In this document: positions 26,308-32,000 of the stretch, one piece after another
How the letters are laid out: each line of letters starts with the position of its first letter
How positions within the stretch are numbered: the first letter of the stretch is position 1
From: Nostoc sp. PCC 7120 = FACHB-418
GTDB taxonomy: Bacteria; Cyanobacteriota; Cyanobacteriia; Cyanobacteriales; Nostocaceae
Length of the DNA stretch: 32,000 nt
Direction: 5' to 3'
Assembly: GCF_000009705.1 (NCBI RefSeq)
Contig: NC_003272.1
Location: 1,500,001 to 1,532,000 of the forward strand
Program-made: the position numbers and the translations under genes
Notes under the pieces: model-generated
Databases searched by the model: none
Seen by the model: only the letters and a program-made list of their open reading frames with translations
What the model was told of the DNA's origin: nothing

Positions 26308-26463
26308 CAATACGGTTCGGTTAAGGGATTTCTTGGTTAAGGCAGGCAGGGGAAGGCAGGGGAAGTCAGGGGAGAAGAGAAGCAGGGGAAGAGAAAAATT
26401 ATGAAAATAACCTCCTTTCCTCCCCTGCCTCCTCTGCTTCAAGAGCTTATCCGAACCATATTG
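26308..26463. repeat. Long imperfect palindrome (MITE-like) containing tandem GCAGGGGAAG decamers
   Basis: The outer arms caatacggttcgg (26308-26320) and ccgaaccatattg (26451-26463) are 12 of 13 complementary. Decamers sit at 26346, 26356 and 26366 (the third degenerate) and at 26382. The opposite arm is C-rich (cctcctttcctcccctgcctcctctgcttc). Confidence 0.55.
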
Positions 26464-26609
26464 AGGGGTATGGGGGAAGAAATTCTAATTCCCTACTCAG
26501 CAATCACTCCCCTAATTCTCGATTCACACAAATATTTTTAAAGAATATGGGCAATTGTGTCCTCTGTTTGGTATTTCTGAAAAAGTCATGACATAAGGAG
26601 AACCGATTT

Positions 26610-26744
26610 ATGGCTAAGGCCAAAATTTCCCCAGTTGCTAATACCGGCGCTAAACCCCCCTATACTTTTCGTACAGGTTGGGCATTGTTGCTACTAGCTG
26701 TTAACTTCCTGGTAGCAGCCTATTATTTCCACATTATTCAATAG
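26610..26744 (+). CDS. psaX: Photosystem I 4.8-kDa subunit PsaX
   Basis: 44 aa, MAKAKISPVANTGAKPPYTFRTGWALLLLAVNFLVAAYYFHIIQ. The segment Y-x-FRT-x-WA-LLLA-NFLVAAYYF matches PsaX as I remember it from thermophilic and Anabaena PSI. AAGGAG lies 9 nt upstream of the ATG. It is not in the ORF track. Confidence 0.85.
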   Translation: MAKAKISPVANTGAKPPYTFRTGWALLLLAVNFLVAAYYFHIIQ

Positions 26745-26799
26745 TTAAACTTGGGGAGTAGGGAATAAGGACGAGGAAGAGGGAAAAATTTCACCCAAG

Positions 26800-26827
26800 C
26801 CCCAGACCCTAATCCCCAGTCCCCAAA
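26800..26827. repeat. STRR-type heptamer array (CCCCAGT family)
   Basis: ccccaga ccctaat ccccagt ccccaaa. Confidence 0.6.
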
Positions 26828-26846
26828 CTAAGTGGAATGGTGTTGC

Positions 26847-27713
26847 TCACATCGTGCCTTTAAATAAACCTTTAGGACGAATGAGCAACACCAAAATCAT
26901 GATTAGTAGGGCTACACCTTGTTTGTATTGGGAACCTAAGAAGGGTGTACTAACTTCTTGAACAATACCAATGATAAAAGCTGCGGCGATCGCACCGTAA
27001 GGGTTGCCAATACCGCCCAAGATTACAGAAGCGAATAGCGGCAGAATCAAGAACCAACCCATATTGGGACGCACTGCCGTAATTAAGCCATACATACTGC
27101 CACCTAAAGAGGTGACTGTGCCGGCAATTAGCCAAGTCCAAAAAATTACTTGCTCTACATCAATACCTGAAACCTTGGCTAAATCCAAATCGTCAGCAAC
27201 AGCACGCATCGCCTTACCAATTTTTGTGTTTTGTAAGAGGTAGTGCAGTGCGCCGATGGATAATACTGCCAATGCCAACACCAGCAATTGATTTTGTGGT
27301 ACTTTCACTCCGAAAATATCTAAGGCGGGGGTGATGGGTAAATTATAATTTTGGTTCCTGCCACCCCAAATTAAAATAATCCCGTTACGCAGGAATAATG
27401 CCAGCCCAATTGAGATAATAATAAGAGTAGTGGAATTAGCTCGAATCGAGCGCATTCTAGACCATAGCAATTTTTCTGACAGTAACATTACTCCCACCGT
27501 TCCCACTACTGCCACTATCATCGATAACCAAATATTTACCCCAAAAGTGTTGACAAAAAAAGTCAGATAAGCCCCTAAAGTTAAGAAATCACCGTGGGCA
27601 AAATTAGACAACCGTAAAATTCCATAAGTTAAAGTCAGTCCCACAGCTGCAAGAGCGATAATACTACCTACAGCAATACCATTGACAATCAGTTGAATCG
27701 TTTGTATGTCCAT
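26847..27713 (-). CDS. natD: Branched-chain/neutral amino-acid ABC transporter permease, LivH family (NatD-like)
   Basis: 288 aa, ATG start. N-terminus QLIVNGIAVGSIIALAAVGLTLTYGILRLSNFAHGDFLTLGAY is the LivH signature. The natD symbol is by analogy to the cyanobacterial N-I system and is tentative. Confidence 0.85.
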   Translation of the reverse strand: MDIQTIQLIVNGIAVGSIIALAAVGLTLTYGILRLSNFAHGDFLTLGAYLTFFVNTFGVNIWLSMIVAVVGTVGVMLLSEKLLWSRMRSIRANSTTLIIISIGLALFLRNGIILIWGGRNQNYNLPITPALDIFGVKVPQNQLLVLALAVLSIGALHYLLQNTKIGKAMRAVADDLDLAKVSGIDVEQVIFWTWLIAGTVTSLGGSMYGLITAVRPNMGWFLILPLFASVILGGIGNPYGAIAAAFIIGIVQEVSTPFLGSQYKQGVALLIMILVLLIRPKGLFKGTM

Positions 27714-27903
27714 ATTGCTAATTAAATAAGCTAATCTATAGTTATTTAGAAAGTGGTGATTGACAACAAAAATCTCCAGTTTATTACCGAAAATCAGTAC
27801 TATAAGTTATGATTTATCGACAAAAAAGAATTGTGAGCTAATATACATAGAATCGTGTTTGCATTTTTTGCAAAACTAAAGTTGTTCAACGGTCTAGTTG
27901 ACC

Positions 27904-29715
27904 ATGCAGCAGTATTCAAGCTTACCAGAACACAACTCATCGATAGACACAACGCCAACTCTGTTGGCAGAAAGTCAGCAGCTTTGCGCTGAGTTATGGC
28001 TGGAACGCAGCTTGAACCAGCTACAGACACGCCTGCATAATTGCTTAGAGTCTGCTTTCAACACTGTTGCCACAAGAACCACAGAAGCGGATATTTTCCA
28101 AACAGTGGTTAATGAACTAGACATTGCTTTAAACAGTAGCAATGTAGGTTTCCCTTTGTGTGCTGTGGGTATTGCTCTGTTGCAACCGCAAGCAGCAGTT
28201 GGTAAAGTTTACTATATTTCTCGCCCTCTATCTCTAGGCTGTCAACCTCCACTCTTAGAAGAGAGATGCAAAGACGGGAAAAAACTGCGATTGCAATTGC
28301 AAGAAGCGATCAAAATCACAGATTTACAAAAACTTGAAAATCAACAACCTCCGCGAGCTTGGCAATTAAGGGATGATTTTGATGGTGTGATTGGGTGGTT
28401 GCTTCTGGCGACAGATAACTTAAAGCCTCACGAAAACACGTTTACCGCACCACATCCTCAACTTAATACACAACTAATGGAGCGGTCAGCCGAACAATGT
28501 GTGAAGGCCTTAGTGCATCTCAAAAAAATACAATCTTTGCAACAGAAATCTCAAAATTTAGGTATTTCTAATCAGGAATTGGAGCGGACTAATCAACTGA
28601 AAAATCAGTTTTTAGCCAATACAAGTCACGAAATTCGTACACCTCTAAGCTCGATTATTGGTTTTACTCACCTGCTTCTAGCCCAAGGTTACGATCCAAC
28701 AAGAGAACGTCATCATGAATATTTAAATATTATTCAATCTAGCGGTAAACACCTATTGGCTCTGATCAACGATATTTTGGATCTCTCCAAGATTGAAGCC
28801 AATCAGTTAGAAGTACAGTGGGAAAAAGTTAATGTACCAGAACTTTGCCAAAATGTATTAACGCTGATCAAGGAGAAGGCCGCAAATAAAGGGGTGAAAT
28901 TATCTTTGGAATTAGATCCCAATATCAAGACCTTTGTTGCTGACCCTCTGCGGCTCAAACAGATGCTTTTGAATTTGTTATTTAATGCTCTCAAATTTAC
29001 CAATCAAGGCACCGTTGGCTTAAAGGTGACACAGCAAGATTCATTTATCCACTTTACAGTCTGGGACACTGGTAGTGGTATTTCTCCAGAAAATCTGGCG
29101 TTACTGTTTCAACCATATTTCCAAATTCCTAATTCTTCCGTTGCTCAACATGAAGGTACTGGTTTAGGTTTAGTGGTGACTCGTAAACTGGCAGAAATTC
29201 ACAATGGTTCTGTAGAAGTAGAATCCCAAGTTGCTCACGGTTCCCGCTTTACTATTATTTTGCCTCTACAACAGAATGAGCAAGTATTAGTAGGAGAAGA
29301 TGTGGAGGATGAAGAAACGAAATCTGCTGCATCTTTGACACCTAACAGTTCAAAAGAAATTTTGTTAGTTGAGGATGATTTACCCAACGGTGAATTGATG
29401 CAAACTCACTTGTCTAAGTTGGGATATAACGTTACTTGGGTCAAGAATGCCCATGAAATGTGGGCTAAACTTGACGAACAACAAGCAGCAGTTATCTTAA
29501 TGGATGTCCGGTTACCCGATGGAGATGGTTTAGATTTAGTCAAGCAGTTGCGAGAAAAATCTCAATATCAACAGATTCCTATTATTGCCCAAACGGCGAT
29601 GGCGATGAAAGGCGATCGCGCCGTCTGTCTATCTGCTGGGGTCAACGACTATATTTCTAAACCCATAGATTTAAATCTCTTGGCCAGTCTGGTGGCTAAG
29701 TATAGTCAGCTTTAG
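27904..29715 (+). CDS. Hybrid sensor histidine kinase/response regulator (unknown N-terminal sensor, HisKA, HATPase_c, C-terminal REC)
   Basis: H-box SHEIRTPL. ATPase WDTGSGI and GTGLGL. REC ILLVEDD...LMDVRLPDGDG...SKP. The ORF-track start at 27898 is TTG and the first ATG is at 27904. Confidence 0.88.
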   Translation: MQQYSSLPEHNSSIDTTPTLLAESQQLCAELWLERSLNQLQTRLHNCLESAFNTVATRTTEADIFQTVVNELDIALNSSNVGFPLCAVGIALLQPQAAVGKVYYISRPLSLGCQPPLLEERCKDGKKLRLQLQEAIKITDLQKLENQQPPRAWQLRDDFDGVIGWLLLATDNLKPHENTFTAPHPQLNTQLMERSAEQCVKALVHLKKIQSLQQKSQNLGISNQELERTNQLKNQFLANTSHEIRTPLSSIIGFTHLLLAQGYDPTRERHHEYLNIIQSSGKHLLALINDILDLSKIEANQLEVQWEKVNVPELCQNVLTLIKEKAANKGVKLSLELDPNIKTFVADPLRLKQMLLNLLFNALKFTNQGTVGLKVTQQDSFIHFTVWDTGSGISPENLALLFQPYFQIPNSSVAQHEGTGLGLVVTRKLAEIHNGSVEVESQVAHGSRFTIILPLQQNEQVLVGEDVEDEETKSAASLTPNSSKEILLVEDDLPNGELMQTHLSKLGYNVTWVKNAHEMWAKLDEQQAAVILMDVRLPDGDGLDLVKQLREKSQYQQIPIIAQTAMAMKGDRAVCLSAGVNDYISKPIDLNLLASLVAKYSQL

Positions 29716-29807
29716 GGATTGGGGACGAAAAAGTAAAAAGTGAAAAGGTAAAAGATTTTTCTTTTGACTGTTGGCTTGGACTGGGGATTGGGGGGAAGAA
29801 CTAATTA

Positions 29808-29843
29808 CCACTGACAACCGACAACCGACAACTGACAACTGAC
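29808..29843. repeat. STRR heptamer tandem array (CAACTGA/CAACCGA)
   Basis: ccactga caaccga caaccga caactga caactga c. Confidence 0.8.
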
Positions 29844-29879
29844 TAAAATATTGCTATAGGGTTTTGGCAGGATTTGGGA

Positions 29880-30710
29880 ATGATGTTAACTGAAAAGCTT
29901 GAGCAATTAAAAGCCTTATTTACAGAAATGGGACAGGCTTTAATTGCCTATTCTGGGGGCGTTGATAGTACTTTGGTAGCGAAGATTGCCTATGATGCGT
30001 TGGGCGATCGCGCTTTGGCTGTGACTGCGGTTTCACCTTCGTTGTTACCAGAGGAACTAGAAGACGCGAAAATTCAAGCCGCAACGATTGGTATTTCCCA
30101 TAAAATTGTCCAAACTTACGAAATGGACAACCCGAATTACACATCGAATCCCGTCAACCGTTGTTATTTTTGCAAAAGCGAATTACACGACACCCTAAAA
30201 CCTTTGGCTTTAGAGATGGGCTACCCTTATGTGGTGGATGGGGTCAATGCTGATGATTTGCATGATTATCGTCCAGGGATTCAAGCCGCGAAGGAAAGAG
30301 GGGCGCGATCGCCTTTAGCAGAATTTGGTATTACTAAATTAGAAGTTAGACAGCTTTCCCAGCAATTAGGCTTACCTTGGTGGGAAAAACCAGCCCAGCC
30401 TTGTCTGAGTTCCCGCTTTCCCTACGGTGAGGAAATTACCATAGCCAAATTGCAACGTGTAGGTAGAGCCGAAATTTATCTCAGGAAGTTAGGTTGGCAA
30501 AATTTGCGCGTCCGTTCTGAAGAAGATACAGCTCGGATTGAATTACCGCCAGAAAAAATCAAAGATTTTGTCCTCACAACAGATTTACCTTCTGTAGTCA
30601 CTGCATTCCAAGAGTTGGGATTTATCTACGTCACCTTAGATTTAGAAGGTTATCGCAGTGGTAAATTAAACCAAGTCCTCAATCAGGCAAATACCGCACT
30701 AAAAGTCTAA
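29880..30710 (+). CDS. larE: LarE-like PP-loop ATP pyrophosphatase (ATP-dependent sulfur transferase family)
   Basis: PP-loop YSGGVDS. NRCYFCK and QPCLSSRFPYGE motifs. The ORF-track start at 29874 is TTG and the first ATG is at 29880. Confidence 0.8.
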   Translation: MMLTEKLEQLKALFTEMGQALIAYSGGVDSTLVAKIAYDALGDRALAVTAVSPSLLPEELEDAKIQAATIGISHKIVQTYEMDNPNYTSNPVNRCYFCKSELHDTLKPLALEMGYPYVVDGVNADDLHDYRPGIQAAKERGARSPLAEFGITKLEVRQLSQQLGLPWWEKPAQPCLSSRFPYGEEITIAKLQRVGRAEIYLRKLGWQNLRVRSEEDTARIELPPEKIKDFVLTTDLPSVVTAFQELGFIYVTLDLEGYRSGKLNQVLNQANTALKV

Positions 30711-30720
30711 TCACCAGTTA

Positions 30721-31137
30721 TCAAAAAGTCTCTGCTTCCACAGAAACGAGAATACAACCATTAATCCTCCAACTATCATCTGGTTGTTTCTCCATAAAAT
30801 ACAAAGCCCTGAGAGGAACACCATCGGGTGCTAAAAGCAACACTGGTTGAGTGATATTGTCCTGAATTGTGGTAACTTTCTCAAAAAAAACTGAGCGTGG
30901 ACGATACACCGCCGGATAACTCATGCTCACCATCCGCAGGAAATTTTCCGCATTTTGAAACTGCTCTTGAATTGCTGGGGCAGCACAAGCAAAAGCACTT
31001 GGTGCATCATCTTGTTGAAAAGCTGCTAATTGGCTTTCAATCACAGATCGGATGGTAAGAAAATCTTGATCAGTAACTTCCATAAATGTATAAATTACGG
31101 TAGTTTTTGTTAACTGTTGACTGTTAACGGTCAACAT
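30721..31137 (-). CDS. DUF4864 domain protein
   Basis: IESQLAAFQQDDAPSAFACAAPAIQEQFQNAENFLRMV...YRPRSV...SWRINGC fits the DUF4864 pattern as I remember it. The ATG at 31137 overlaps the upstream gene by 14 nt; an alternative ATG is at 31083. Confidence 0.7.
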   Translation of the reverse strand: MLTVNSQQLTKTTVIYTFMEVTDQDFLTIRSVIESQLAAFQQDDAPSAFACAAPAIQEQFQNAENFLRMVSMSYPAVYRPRSVFFEKVTTIQDNITQPVLLLAPDGVPLRALYFMEKQPDDSWRINGCILVSVEAETF

Positions 31138-32000
31138 TTTTGTTTTGAGAGAGTTTGAATTCTACCTGTTGGATAGCAAATCGCCACACATCATAACCAT
31201 CAGCCGACAAATGCAAGCCATCTGTGGTTAAATCAGCACGTAAATTGCCATCACCGTCTGTAAACCAACTATGAATATCTAAATAATTTACTTTTTCTTT
31301 TTTAGCAATTTGAGCCAGTTTTGTATTAATTTCTCGAATCCGACTATTAGAAATTGTTGGCAGGTGAGTAGGTAATATAGATTGTATAAAAATCTGAGTC
31401 CTGGGGTGAGACTGCCGTAATCTCCGAACCATCTGGCGGTGATTACGTAAAATTACTTCATCGCTGGTTCCTTTTCGTAGGTCATTAATCCCAGCCATGA
31501 TGTAGATAGCATCGGGACGCGTGTATGAAAACGCTGTCAATCTATTGGCGATACCAGTGGAAGTGTCTCCGGATATACCTTGATTCAGCCACAATTTACC
31601 AGATGGTAGCTTTTCTCTAGGAAACCACATACTCAAGGAATCCCCGACGAGGATACTGAGACGGTTTTTACCTTGACCTTGAGCGATCGCTTTAGCTTCT
31701 AGAGCTAATAGACTTTTCCAATCATCATAAGTTAGTTGCTGCTTTTGAGTTGCATCTCGTAATGATTGTCCACTATCACCATCATGGCGTGTGTAAATCT
31801 GACCTGTTTTCAATGCAGCTAATCGGTAATAGTAAAGTTGATTACCAGAAGTTAATAGTTGGTTATGCGGCTGGGAATTAAGGTTAAAGAATGAATTTAT
31901 GGGTGTTGATGATTCTTGATTGGTAAATTGCAGTAAAGGGTTATCAGAATCGTGAATATTTTTCTCGCCATTTGTTGATTGAGAGGCCTTAGACGGTGAC
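31124..32000 (-). CDS. SGNH/GDSL hydrolase family protein; the reading frame stays open to the window edge, so the 5' end is probably outside the window
   Basis: Block I VGDSLS, block II GISGD, block III AGINDL, block V DGLHLS. My hand translation upstream of the TTG at 31813 (SPSKASQSTNGEKNIHDSDNPLLQFTNQESSTPINSFFNLNSQPHNQLLTSGNQLYYYRLAA) has no stop codon up to base 32000. Confidence 0.75.
   Translation of the reverse strand, partial: SPSKASQSTNGEKNIHDSDNPLLQFTNQESSTPINSFFNLNSQPHNQLLTSGNQLYYYRLAALKTGQIYTRHDGDSGQSLRDATQKQQLTYDDWKSLLALEAKAIAQGQGKNRLSILVGDSLSMWFPREKLPSGKLWLNQGISGDTSTGIANRLTAFSYTRPDAIYIMAGINDLRKGTSDEVILRNHRQMVRRLRQSHPRTQIFIQSILPTHLPTISNSRIREINTKLAQIAKKEKVNYLDIHSWFTDGDGNLRADLTTDGLHLSADGYDVWRFAIQQVEFKLSQNKNVDR

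Noticed and set aside
24422-26442. ORFs 24422-24676, 24897-25088, 25165-25374, 25459-25719, 25814-26110 and 26233-26442
   Set aside because: They are antisense or alternative-frame to the response regulator and lipA, or are translations of the G-rich palindrome and the AT-rich promoter region. None has independent support.
26401-26541. 46-codon ORF starting at the ATG at 26401 downstream of lipA
   Set aside because: It reads through the C-rich arm of the palindrome (PPLPPLL...), has no ribosome-binding site and no recognisable product.
7150-29843. Possibility that the tandem or dispersed repeats (7150-7400, 26346-26391, 26800-26827, 29808-29843) are CRISPR arrays
   Set aside because: The units are 7-22 nt and either contiguous or irregularly spaced, with no 25-40-nt repeats separated by unique spacers and no cas genes. 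They fit STRR/MITE-type cyanobacterial repeats.
26950-30144. ORFs 26950-27141, 27004-27243, 27800-28030, 28803-29003 and 29920-30144
   Set aside because: They overlap the permease, the hybrid kinase or the larE-like gene in other frames or on the other strand. They are shadow ORFs.

Overview
The window looks like chromosomal DNA from a filamentous heterocyst-forming cyanobacterium (Nostoc/Anabaena type). It has many HIP1 octamers (GCGATCGC, e.g. at 481, 1029, 5368, 6076, 8345, 8649), heptameric STRR arrays and G-rich hairpin repeats. From memory and unverified, the gene order resembles Anabaena/Nostoc sp. PCC 7120.

Most of the window is core metabolism and photosynthesis:
- Hsp70-family fragment, AcnB, TrpS, proline iminopeptidase, DUF429 protein
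- alpha-glucan phosphorylase, hexapeptide acetyltransferase, an LptD/OstA-like outer-membrane protein
- a three-gene two-component cluster, LipA, a LivH/NatD-type permease, a hybrid kinase
- LarE-like PP-loop ATPase, DUF4864 protein, SGNH hydrolase
- two very small photosystem genes absent from the ORF track (below its apparent ~60-aa size floor): psbI (16479-16595) and psaX (26610-26744)

I saw no rRNA, tRNA, CRISPR array, transposase or integrase.

The best candidate for something new is an AT-rich mini-island between the Hsp70 gene and acnB (about 1000-3600). It holds a DUF559 (Vsr-like) endonuclease cassette bracketed by 39-nt direct hairpin repeats. Divergently transcribed from it is a 599-aa protein that fuses a DUF262 (GmrSD/ParB-type) N-domain to a Schlafen/AlbA_2-like C-domain, with no DUF1524/HNH nuclease.

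Secondary points of interest:
- a roughly 1.75-kb gene-poor AT-rich tract (13690-15445) with an NtcA-type box, an orphan terminator hairpin and a clustered 8-mer
- an iteron-like repeat tract (7150-7450)
- an in-frame TGA separating a signal-peptide-like segment from the LptD-like ORF

All functional assignments come from reading motifs in the translations. No searches were run.
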